NCBI GenBank assembly: GCA_002215675.1
Contig: NGFH01000011.1
Coordinates: 9,007 to 73,006, forward strand
Length of the DNA: 64,000 bases
Direction: 5' to 3'
Source: Bacteroidetes bacterium 2013_40CM_41_45
GTDB lineage: Bacteria > Bacteroidota > Bacteroidia > AKYH767-A > 2013-40CM-41-45
Part shown: positions 29,969 to 38,979 of the stretch, piece after piece
Layout of the letters: the number at the start of each line of letters is the position of its first letter
How positions within the stretch are numbered: the stretch's first letter is position 1
Program-made: the position numbers and the translations under genes
Notes under the pieces: generated by a model
What the model saw: the letters and a program-made list of their open reading frames with translations, nothing else
Told to the model about the DNA's origin: nothing
Database searches by the model: none

Positions 29969-31090
29969 TTAATTCTTTACAAATTTTTGATGAGAAATCA
30001 TTCCGTCAACAATTGTCTCGATAAAATATATTCCGCTTTTTAGAGATGAAATGTCAATACGCTCTTTGCGTTTCTCTTCATCTGCGGCAACGTTTTTATT
30101 CAAAACCATTTTTCCCGCCATATCATAAATTCTCAATGCTCCCTGCAGGTATTGTCTCGTAGAATTATTCATTGCAACCATTACAAAATCTTCTGCAGGG
30201 TTAGGGTAAACAGAAATCATTGAAGATGGAGACGAAGAATTCTGCTCATGGACATCCGTCCATATAGAATCAGAATTAAAAATCAAACACGGTAACTGAA
30301 CTTCGTTGCCGACAGGATTTTCAGCAACAAAATTTTGTACACCGCCCGATGGAGTTCCTACTTGAATATTCAACTTAAATGAAAAAATTCCCTTTGTGGT
30401 AAACTGGCCAATCAATACTCTATTAATTACTGTGTCGGGGCCTTTGGAACCCCCCAGTGCAGCCCATGAAGCATTGGTGGTTGAGAGAAGATTTCCATTG
30501 GTAGTATTGTCAAATACGTTAAGCTCGGGACCAGAAAACCCTACGAATGTTACAGACAATGGAATGGCGGCCGTAGCAATTAAACCATCCTGAGTTGTGA
30601 GAGGAATGCCGATTGCAGAAGCAGTGTTTTGCAGAAGCGGGCCGGGAGTAGTAGTATTGTTCACCACCGTTGCAACGCCATCGTCTTCACTCTTAAGAAT
30701 TCCGAAATTGGAAGCACAGCCTGCTCCAACCGAAAACCATGAATCGAGCATTACAGTGTTGGCACGCGCCTGTGTTTTGGTATAAGTCGGTGAAGTGGTG
30801 CCCCTATCCTCATTGTTAAAAAACATCGTGGTTGTTTCAAGGCGAAGCTCATGGCCGGGAACTCCATAAACCGCCTGGAAATTGTAACCCTGGAGCAGGT
30901 TAGCATAAACTCTGTACGTGACGGAACCTGCCGGCAAAGTACCGGGAGCAAGAGATATGAAATCATTCCCGATTGAATCGTTGGCATCGGAGATATAGTA
31001 AACTTCAACTTCAACACATTCAAGTCCGCTTTGTGCGCGCGCAAATGAAGCAAAGAGAGCAAGGCAAAAAAGTAAAGTGATTTTTTTCAT
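29969..31090 (-). CDS. T9SS cargo: novel domain + CTD
   Basis: GSVTYRVY..FQAVYGVPGHELR..FFNNED..LDSWFSVG..NRVLIGQFTT; VYPNPA..SGIYFI CTD. Confidence 0.82.
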   Translation of the reverse strand: MKKITLLFCLALFASFARAQSGLECVEVEVYYISDANDSIGNDFISLAPGTLPAGSVTYRVYANLLQGYNFQAVYGVPGHELRLETTTMFFNNEDRGTTSPTYTKTQARANTVMLDSWFSVGAGCASNFGILKSEDDGVATVVNNTTTPGPLLQNTASAIGIPLTTQDGLIATAAIPLSVTFVGFSGPELNVFDNTTNGNLLSTTNASWAALGGSKGPDTVINRVLIGQFTTKGIFSFKLNIQVGTPSGGVQNFVAENPVGNEVQLPCLIFNSDSIWTDVHEQNSSSPSSMISVYPNPAEDFVMVAMNNSTRQYLQGALRIYDMAGKMVLNKNVAADEEKRKERIDISSLKSGIYFIETIVDGMISHQKFVKN

Positions 31091-31124
31091 GTCAGTGGTT
31101 TAGATTAATGATTATGGTTAATAG

Positions 31125-31961
31125 TTAATTGTTTTTTGATGGAACTTTTTTCGGAAGAGGATAAATTAATTCGTCAAATTGAATTTCATTTCCAACAGGA
31201 TTTCGTGCGACATAATTTTCAACTCCGCCTGATGGAGTTCCAATCTGGATATTCAACTCGAAAGAAAATTCACCATCGGTCGTCATCTGTGCTATCAGCA
31301 CCCTGTTTTGCGGATGGGGTCCGATGGCTCCGCCAAACGAAGCCCATGAGCCGTTATCAGTGGAAAAAACTCGTCCTTTGGATTTTGTATTTGTGTTTTT
31401 AAACATGTCAAGTAAAGTGCTGTCGATACCAAACAATGTAACAACCGACAGAGGATAAGCAGGGGAAAGTCCGTCACGAACTTTTATCGGAATGCCGGCC
31501 AAAGAATTTTCGTTTTGTAAAAGGCCATCCTTATTTATCATCGCACCGGACGTGTCATCCGATTTCAGCAAGGCATAATAATTTTCAGCAGCAGCCCCTA
31601 CAGACAACCACGAATCAAGCATTACAGTGCTCTCTTCTAATTTTTTTCGGGGGATATTATTCGCAATAGCAGCACCGTATTCTTCATTGTTAAAGAATGA
31701 AGTTGTAGTTGCAATCCTAAGCTCATGCCCGGGCACACCATAAGCCGCCTGGAACCTGTACGTGGGCAACATATCAACATAAATTCTGTAGGTGACCGAA
31801 CCAACAGGAAGATATCCTCCCTTGACAGCTTTGGCGTCATTCGCATCGGAAACATAATATTTCTCGACAATAATTTTTTCAAGCCCATGCGTTGCCTGGG
31901 CAAAAATTCCAATGCTGAAACAAGATATGAATACTAAAAAAAGGAGCCAGTTTCTTTTCAT
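31125..31961 (-). CDS. Exported protein made only of the novel domain, no CTD
   Basis: Signal peptide; VEKYYVSD..GSVTYRIY..YGVPGHELR..LDSWLSVG..NRVLIAQMTT..GTPSGGVENYVA. Confidence 0.82.
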   Translation of the reverse strand: MKRNWLLFLVFISCFSIGIFAQATHGLEKIIVEKYYVSDANDAKAVKGGYLPVGSVTYRIYVDMLPTYRFQAAYGVPGHELRIATTTSFFNNEEYGAAIANNIPRKKLEESTVMLDSWLSVGAAAENYYALLKSDDTSGAMINKDGLLQNENSLAGIPIKVRDGLSPAYPLSVVTLFGIDSTLLDMFKNTNTKSKGRVFSTDNGSWASFGGAIGPHPQNRVLIAQMTTDGEFSFELNIQIGTPSGGVENYVARNPVGNEIQFDELIYPLPKKVPSKNN

Positions 31962-32006
31962 ACCGGATTTGATTCATTGCAAAAAAAGACTTGGCAATTC
32001 AATACC

Positions 32007-32078
32007 AAATTACGCAAGCGTTAAATTTATATTATGCGATTAGCACAGACTTTACACCATATTAACTATTTGTTAATA
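32007..32078. promoter_or_regulatory. 11-bp-period boxes (Pho-box-like) in the divergent promoter region
   Basis: TTTACA 32051, TTAACT 32062, TTAATA 32073; opposite-sense set at 32007, 32018, 32029. Confidence 0.5.
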
Positions 32079-32131
32079 CAGGTATCAGCGTAGTTTTATC
32101 TGCACTCCGCAGTTTTGTAAAAACAAAAACA

Positions 32132-32821
32132 ATGAACGCCTGGAACAACGATATTAAAATCCTGATTGTTGACGATGAACCCGATATTCTTGAGTTTGTC
32201 GGATATAATTTAAAGAAGGAAGGATACAAAGTGTCTTATGCGCCAACGGGGCAAAAGGCGCTTACGCTTGCATCGGAGGAATTATTCGATTTGATTATTC
32301 TCGACATCATGATGCCTTTTGTGGATGGCATTGAAGTTTGCCGCCAGCTCCGCCAGCACGAAAATCAAAAAAATGTTCTCATCGCTTTTCTCACCGCGCG
32401 CAACGAGGACTTCTCGCAGATTGCCGGGTTCGATGCCGGTGCAGACGATTATATTGCCAAGCCGATCAAGCCGAGGGTGCTGGTAAGCCGCATCAAAGCG
32501 TTGCTCCGCAGGCAGCACCACAGGCATCTTTCGCAACCGTCAGCCGAAATAGGCGGACTCACCGTTGATGCAGAGCGTTATGTAGTCGTAAAAAAAGGAC
32601 AGGATATTAACCTGCCCAAAAAAGAATTTGAGCTGGTCTCGTTGCTTTCATCAAAACCGGGCCGAGTGTTTTCGCGTGATGAAATCCTGAACAAGATATG
32701 GGGAGATGATGTTGTTGTTGGAGACCGAACGATTGATGTGCATATCAACAAAGTGCGTGAAAAGCTTGGCGCAGAATATATCCGCACCGTAAAAGGAGTA
32801 GGGTATAAATTTGATTTCTGA
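32132..32821 (+). CDS. OmpR/PhoB-family response regulator, no adjacent kinase
   Basis: ILIVDDE, LDIMMP..DG, FLTAR, GADDYIAKP, winged helix RTIDVH..GVGYKF. Confidence 0.92.
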   Translation: MNAWNNDIKILIVDDEPDILEFVGYNLKKEGYKVSYAPTGQKALTLASEELFDLIILDIMMPFVDGIEVCRQLRQHENQKNVLIAFLTARNEDFSQIAGFDAGADDYIAKPIKPRVLVSRIKALLRRQHHRHLSQPSAEIGGLTVDAERYVVVKKGQDINLPKKEFELVSLLSSKPGRVFSRDEILNKIWGDDVVVGDRTIDVHINKVREKLGAEYIRTVKGVGYKFDF

Positions 32822-32940
32822 TTTTATCCCATTTTCCAAGTCTTTTTTTTAATCCTTCTCCTAAAGAGAAGGATTTTAGAATGAGGTTTTTTGTAGTCAA
32901 CTATTAAAAACTAGTTGAAAGTGTGCTTTTTTTTAAAAAG

Positions 32941-32968
32941 TAAGCCCATCGTTTAAGCGATGGGCTTA
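32941..32968. terminator. Hairpin next to att-like copy 2
   Basis: TAAGCCCATCG-TTTAAG-CGATGGGCTTA. Confidence 0.6.
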
Positions 32969-32977
32969 TCTGAGTTT

Positions 32978-33085
32978 GCTCCCCCAAAGATACAGTTCTC
33001 GAACCAATTCAAGCAAGATTTGAGGAAAATTTATGATTTGAAGCCATTTGTAGAAGTGCGAATGATAGATTTCCGCTCCTGTTAG
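32978..33085 (+). repeat. att-like junction copy 2
   Basis: Diverged direct repeat of 17995-18108; encodes APPKIQFSNQFKQDLRKIYDLKPFVEVRMIDF. Confidence 0.6.
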
Positions 33086-33197
33086 CAATAGATTGGCGCT
33101 TTGTATGGGAAGTATCCACCGGAATTAAATAGGTTTCTTTAATCTGCACTGGGTTAAGAACTTCTTCTATTTGTAGGATTGAATTATTTCCTTGCTT

Positions 33198-35384
33198 TCA
33201 GACTTTATCGCTTACCTTTATTTCTTCCCCGTTAGTTTTTTCTCCACAATAAGGACACACCATCCAAAGTTTTTCTAACTGACTGAAACATTTGCGGCAA
33301 GTAATTATTTTCTCAACCACGGACTTAATAGGTATGCTTGTTTTAACAGTAAATGTTTCGGGAATTTCTTTTAAGAAGCTGGATTCATTTCCTTTCTCAG
33401 TAATTAAAAAAAGTTTGTCTTTTGCTCTCGTAATAGCAACATAAAACAATCGCCTTTCTTCCTCCATTAGCAAATCGTGATTTGCTTTTTTTATAACTTG
33501 AAAAATTCTGTCCTCTAACCAAATATCAGGAAAACCCCCGTAACCTTCTGTCAAACCAAGAATAAAAACAACTTTTGCCTCAAGCCCTTTTGCTGCATGT
33601 ATAGTTTTTGACTGGACTTTTATGTTTTCATCTTTGAAACGAAAGAAGTACGGTAAATACATTTTACTTCTCCGGTAGAGAAATAAAATGTCTTCACTTG
33701 TCAAACCATCGTCTAAAAGTTCTCTCACTTTGTCAAAGCAGAATTGAATGTTTTCTTCTTCGCTGTTACCAGCATAAACAACAATTTTATGTTCTGATTT
33801 TTTGGAGGCATGTATTTCTTTATCAACTTTGAATTTATTGTGTCTGATTACCTCGTTGCTTGCATCAACAATGTTTTGCGTGCTGCGATAGTTCAAATTC
33901 AGTTTTATAACTTTAGAATTTGGGAAGTGTTTTTCAAAATCAATAATGTAGCTAACGTTAGAACCCCTGAAGCCGTAAATGCTTTGCCAATCGTCGCCAA
34001 CGCAAAAAAGTTGTGTCTGGTCAGTGAGTAAAAGTTTAATTAATTCAACTTGCAAATTATTTACATCTTGAAACTCGTCAACCAAAATATATTGGTACTT
34101 GTTTTTGAATTTGTTAGCGATGTCGGAGTGATTTTGAAATAGAGAAGTACTTCTTAAAATCAAATCATTGAAGTCAAGATAAGATTTATCCGTGCAGTAG
34201 TGAATGTATTTCTCAACGATTGGAATTGCCAATTCGTAAAAATGTCGCACCCTTTCATGTTGGTCTTTTCTTGCGTTTTCCAGAACAGTTTTCAAATCAA
34301 TGTTCTCAACTTTAATCATGTCTGTGATGCGCATAATTTGAGTAACAAAGTCCTTTAAATCTTCGTGGTAGCCATTAAATTCCTCTTTGTATGTTAGTGA
34401 AACAATTTTGTTATAATTGGCAGGCAACCGATTTTTTACAACACTGTCCAAAGTGTGATTAAACAAAGCAGAACTTTTAGTCATACTTTCAAAAGTTTTC
34501 ACCAAAAGAAGATTCCCTTTTTGAAATTGCTCCTCCTTATCTTTAGTTGAAAAACTTTTATCGCTCACATGTTCAATGTAAAGATTTGCCTCAGGAATAA
34601 AGAAGTCAGGATGAAAAGAAAAGTCTTTTACATTTAACAAAGGTTCATACTCGTATTTGATGCTATGCCTGTAGAGCCAGTCGGCAATAAACTGCTCCGA
34701 TTTGGAACGAACTTTTGTTCCGTCAAGAGTTGTAAAATATTTGCCATCCTTGGGCAAAAATTTCTTGTCTTTATTTTCTAAATGAATTTTGTCAATGATA
34801 TAATCTAAAATGTATCGTTTTAGGCGCAGCAAAAATTCTGTGTCTTCACATTGTTCAATCAAAAGTTTGTGAACTACTTCAAACACTGTTTCTGGGGCAA
34901 CATGCTTTGAAAGTTCATCTTCTTCATCTCGTTTTTCATCTCCTATAATTCTAAACTTGTTGTCAAACTCGTTTACTCCATAGTTCCTTAAAATGCTGTA
35001 ACAAAAGCTGTGAAAAGTCCTTATGGTTAAGCCGTCAATCCATTTGTATTTTTTCTGCTGAAAAAATCTCTCTTTGTCTTTATCCGCTTTGCTCATTCGT
35101 TTGTCAACCAATATGCTTTCGTATTGCTGGGTGGTGTCAGCCGAAATGATTAGGCGGTCAATCATTTCGTTGGTTGCGTTTTTTGTGAATGTGATTGCAA
35201 GAACACTCCCAGGGCTGACGCCTTTTTCCTCAATCAAGTAAATGAGTTTTTGCAAAAGCGTTTTTGTCTTACCTGAACCTGCACCAGCCAAAACCAAAAT
35301 GCGTTTATCCTCACTGACAACTGCTTCTCGCTGTTTGTCATTAAGGGTACTTAAATCTGTTTTAGTTGAAATCAATGTCGTCAA
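33198..35384 (-). CDS. UvrD/helicase IV-like SF1 helicase with inserted nuclease-like domain and C-terminal zinc ribbon
   Basis: LAGAGSGKT, RTFHS, LVDEFQD, VGDDWQSIYGFRG, NYRS, EERRLFYVAITRA; insert RSKSE..IADWL..YEYE..PDF..IEH; CRKC..CPYC. Confidence 0.9.
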   Translation of the reverse strand: MTTLISTKTDLSTLNDKQREAVVSEDKRILVLAGAGSGKTKTLLQKLIYLIEEKGVSPGSVLAITFTKNATNEMIDRLIISADTTQQYESILVDKRMSKADKDKERFFQQKKYKWIDGLTIRTFHSFCYSILRNYGVNEFDNKFRIIGDEKRDEEDELSKHVAPETVFEVVHKLLIEQCEDTEFLLRLKRYILDYIIDKIHLENKDKKFLPKDGKYFTTLDGTKVRSKSEQFIADWLYRHSIKYEYEPLLNVKDFSFHPDFFIPEANLYIEHVSDKSFSTKDKEEQFQKGNLLLVKTFESMTKSSALFNHTLDSVVKNRLPANYNKIVSLTYKEEFNGYHEDLKDFVTQIMRITDMIKVENIDLKTVLENARKDQHERVRHFYELAIPIVEKYIHYCTDKSYLDFNDLILRSTSLFQNHSDIANKFKNKYQYILVDEFQDVNNLQVELIKLLLTDQTQLFCVGDDWQSIYGFRGSNVSYIIDFEKHFPNSKVIKLNLNYRSTQNIVDASNEVIRHNKFKVDKEIHASKKSEHKIVVYAGNSEEENIQFCFDKVRELLDDGLTSEDILFLYRRSKMYLPYFFRFKDENIKVQSKTIHAAKGLEAKVVFILGLTEGYGGFPDIWLEDRIFQVIKKANHDLLMEEERRLFYVAITRAKDKLFLITEKGNESSFLKEIPETFTVKTSIPIKSVVEKIITCRKCFSQLEKLWMVCPYCGEKTNGEEIKVSDKV

Positions 35385-35454
35385 ATTACTATTGGACTGT
35401 CAAAGTAATGCTTTTTTGCTTGCGCTCAAATAATAAATCTTTTGTCAAAGTCGC

Positions 35455-36555
35455 CTATGCTTTTGGTTTTACTTGCAAGTTAACAGTAACGTCAGGCATC
35501 TTGGTAATTTTAGCTGTTGGCTGTAGTTCATAAGAAACATAGTGCTCCAATGTAATTTTTATTATGCTGCCGTTTTTTAACGTTTGCTGGTTCGAAATTT
35601 CTTTCGATGATTCAATAGGTTCTGATAGATTCAGTTGTTCATCTTCCTTGCTCTTTATTGCAAAATTTCTTTGATTTGTAATATAATTCTCTACAACTAA
35701 CGCAAAATCAATCGAAGCCGCTCTATCAAACTCCATTTTCTGTTGCGTTAAAGATTCATGATGGCTAAAACTTATGCTGCTAAAAGTTATGTATCCTGAA
35801 TCGTGTTTGAAAAATTTAAAAGGATAGTTTAAAAAATTAAGTTTTACTCTTCTCTCGAATGCTTGCTGAGGCATTTCGCTCTCAGGTTTTAACAATATAT
35901 TTTTTTGCTGTGACCATACTCTCAAAATATGATTCCTGATATTTATTAAAAGTTTTACAAAATTAGGCCCCTCTTTTGGTTCTGGTTCGTTAAGTGAATA
36001 GAGTTTAAGGTGTTCAGGATACTGTTGCTCTTTTGTAAATTGAACTGATAAATTTAAAGAGGTATTTTTTAGCGGTTGTCCTGAAGGAGAAAAAAATTTG
36101 GGGTTCTCAAACATAAAACCACTCAACATTGAATGAAAATATTGAACATAAAGTGAAATAAATCTTCCAGGCTTTCCCCATTCATCTTCATTAAGGTCTC
36201 TTACAATAAAGATGTCAATATTCTTGTTTTTAGCATACTGAATGGCACCTTCCTCATAACCTTTCGTTGTAAAAATTGCACCTTTGTTAGCGTTCAGGTC
36301 TTCAACAGATGCAAACAGAGTATCAATTACTTGCCTGTCAACCTTTTCTTTCCATCGCTTGCATTCAATAATAGTTTTTAATGTGTGCAACTTCGTCTTC
36401 TGAATTACTCGGACATCTACTTGTCGTTTTGCACCCGACTTTCCTATTTCTGTTACATTATGTTTGACAGATAGTTCATCTGACTCTCGATAGAGTTCCG
36501 CTACAAACTTTTCAAAGTCTTTCCAATCAATTAACTGACTTAAAAATGAATTCAT
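35455..36555 (-). CDS. Mrr-like (restriction endonuclease fold) protein
   Basis: WKDFEKFVAEL..GKSGAKRQVDV..IIECKRW..GAIFTTKGY..GA. Confidence 0.82.
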   Translation of the reverse strand: MNSFLSQLIDWKDFEKFVAELYRESDELSVKHNVTEIGKSGAKRQVDVRVIQKTKLHTLKTIIECKRWKEKVDRQVIDTLFASVEDLNANKGAIFTTKGYEEGAIQYAKNKNIDIFIVRDLNEDEWGKPGRFISLYVQYFHSMLSGFMFENPKFFSPSGQPLKNTSLNLSVQFTKEQQYPEHLKLYSLNEPEPKEGPNFVKLLINIRNHILRVWSQQKNILLKPESEMPQQAFERRVKLNFLNYPFKFFKHDSGYITFSSISFSHHESLTQQKMEFDRAASIDFALVVENYITNQRNFAIKSKEDEQLNLSEPIESSKEISNQQTLKNGSIIKITLEHYVSYELQPTAKITKMPDVTVNLQVKPKA

Positions 36556-36562
36556 TGCAATC

Positions 36563-37903
36563 TCATTTTTGCTGTACCTTCCACAAAAAATAAACAGGAT
36601 TTAATACTGCTTTGCTTCTATCAGCACTAACATCTGACCAAGTTTTGTATGTCTGAATAAGCCCCCCTGAACCCATAAATGTTGACAGAAGTTTTAAATA
36701 ATCTATACCGGACGAATATAAAGTTAATGCAGCAGTCATTAGGAATAACGGAGAAACAATACCGTGTGCATTAAATTTCTTTCTTGCACTTTCCATTTCA
36801 ACATTAAGTTTTCTCATTAACGAGGCTATTTCGCTGTCAATTTTAAATTTGAATTCCGCATTATTATCCGTACTTTTCATAGTTTTTAAAACCAACTCGA
36901 ATAAGAACGCGCGAAAATCATTAAATGCTTCAGGCTTTTGATTTCTTACATCAAACAATCGTTTCGCAGGAATTCCTTTTACATATGGAATTATGCAGTC
37001 GTAGACGGAAGTATCTGCGACTATATCAGTTGATCTTCCATTTGAAACAGCATAATTTTTCGCAGTGAGATAATCAACATTTCTATAAAAAAGAACAGGA
37101 GTTTGGAGGCGTTGAGCATTTGTAATTGTTTCTAACACGACAGAAATGTCTTTACAGTATTCATTCTTTACCAGTTCAAGCAGGTCTTGTTTTCCGTATG
37201 CAAATAATTCTTCTTTCGTTAATTGCTGATAAGGTGTCATGAAATCGTAGAAGACGCCATTCGTAAGTTTATCAGAATTGAAAATGTGCGGTGGAATGTA
37301 CTGTCCCATCTGTCTAATCTCTCCCCAAAGTCCTTCATAGATTATTTCAAGTTGCGTCAAGTCATCATTAGGATTGTCATTTAAACGAGAAGGTTTTTTT
37401 ATCATTAAAGAACTTTGTTCAAACGCATTTAAAACCTCAGGAATTGAAACAAGTAGTTTACTATCATTGTCAAAGAGTCCCGTTTTGTTTGGCATTATGT
37501 TGTCGCCTGAAAAAAGAAAGTACCCGCCTTCGATGCTGTCTTTCCGCTCTTTTAAAAGAGGTACTAATTTCTGTAGTTGATATTTTTTAAAAGCATCATT
37601 TTTGTCAGAATTTATTATTTGCAATATAGGGTCATTGATAATCAACTCATCGTAATACCAAATCAAATTAGATGCTATAGCAAATACCCATTTGCTATCT
37701 GGCAAATGGACTCGAAAAAGATTTGGATTGGATTTTAGGTAATGAAAAAGGGCAACGTCTCTGTCGACAGATGTTTTTTTATAGTCCTCACAAAACGAAT
37801 AAAAGACTTCGTCAGAAAGATTATTTGGTTCTTGAGATAGATTAGAAAGTTCATACTTTTCTATTAAATCAAAAATGAACGATGACTTTGATAAATCTTT
37901 CAT
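36563..37903 (-). CDS. Hypothetical protein with hydrophobic C-terminal helices
   Basis: 446-aa ORF, 7 bp upstream of the Mrr-like gene, AT-rich. Confidence 0.7.
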   Translation of the reverse strand: MKDLSKSSFIFDLIEKYELSNLSQEPNNLSDEVFYSFCEDYKKTSVDRDVALFHYLKSNPNLFRVHLPDSKWVFAIASNLIWYYDELIINDPILQIINSDKNDAFKKYQLQKLVPLLKERKDSIEGGYFLFSGDNIMPNKTGLFDNDSKLLVSIPEVLNAFEQSSLMIKKPSRLNDNPNDDLTQLEIIYEGLWGEIRQMGQYIPPHIFNSDKLTNGVFYDFMTPYQQLTKEELFAYGKQDLLELVKNEYCKDISVVLETITNAQRLQTPVLFYRNVDYLTAKNYAVSNGRSTDIVADTSVYDCIIPYVKGIPAKRLFDVRNQKPEAFNDFRAFLFELVLKTMKSTDNNAEFKFKIDSEIASLMRKLNVEMESARKKFNAHGIVSPLFLMTAALTLYSSGIDYLKLLSTFMGSGGLIQTYKTWSDVSADRSKAVLNPVYFLWKVQQK

Positions 37904-38052
37904 TTCAATCCCTAAATAATGTTAGTTTTTAAAAAGCAAGTTTCAAATATAGAAATTCAATCAGTAATTCTCCGATATTAAACTATTCAAGGTTGAAATC
38001 GAGCAAGCACGCTGAGAAGGACGAGATAAAACCTTTTTTAAGGACTAAAAAC

Positions 38053-38090
38053 ATTAGGGTTTTCCCTAAATCGTATTAGGGTTTTCCCTA
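38053..38090. promoter_or_regulatory. Tandem palindromic operator-like site
   Basis: ATTAGGGTTTTCCCTA exactly twice (38053, 38075), 22-bp period. Confidence 0.55.
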
Positions 38091-38269
38091 GTATTTATTT
38101 TCCGGTAATTTCTTAAAATCGGCTGAAGCCTTCTAGTGACGATTGTTTCAGGGATTATCTTGCGATTTCTATTTCCGGAAGCCCCTGCCGGAATTTTTAG
38201 CCGTATGTAATTCCTGAATACATTCATACGCGCAAAATAATCTACCTAACTTGCTAGACGAGATAAGCA

Positions 38270-38911
38270 ATGAAAATCAAGACGGACTGTTCGATTAGTT
38301 TCGTATTGCGTAACATGAGTCATCGGATAATAAACAGCTCGAACAATTTTATTATGAAATATGCCATGAATCTTAATGAAAATCACGGTTATGTTTTATA
38401 CCATAAATATTTGCTATCTATACCTGCACATGGTGACTTAGCGCATCAAAACAGCAACATTACACAACGTGTAAAAATGGTGCATTTTGAAGAAGTGACT
38501 TATGCTGAAACGGGAGATGAGTTTACTGATTTGCCAAGATTGCGTTATTCTGCAGATGGCTTTATGGATAACGCCCCCACTCTGCGCAATACTTTCGGAG
38601 CTGATCTGGTCGTATTGCTCACTGAGACTATGGGCGGTTGCGGATTGGCATATACCCAAAGTACTACACCTATTTCCGGTTTCACGCCCAATGCCTTCGC
38701 TTTTGTAAGACGCTCTTGTGCAGCGGATAATCTCAGCTTTCCCTATGAGATGGGACATAACATCGGTGCAAAGCATGACTGCGTTGCGAGCCCCAATAAT
38801 GACATTAACTATGGCATCTTTACTGCAAAGAGCAAAATTAAACCTTACATAAAAAACTATCTCAACAAGCCGCTCGATAAAGAAATGCACATGGGTATTT
38901 TGGAGGAGTGA
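38270..38911 (+). pseudogene. Fragment of a reprolysin-like (M12) metalloprotease
   Basis: GADLVVLL..GCGLAY..SFPYEMGHNIGAKHD; first zinc His replaced by Tyr; no signal peptide or prodomain; ends soon after the motif. Confidence 0.65.
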
Positions 38912-38979
38912 AAAAATAAATAAATATAAAACGGAGGCTGCCGAAAATCCGGAGAAGAGTAGGCGAAAAAAATAATACA

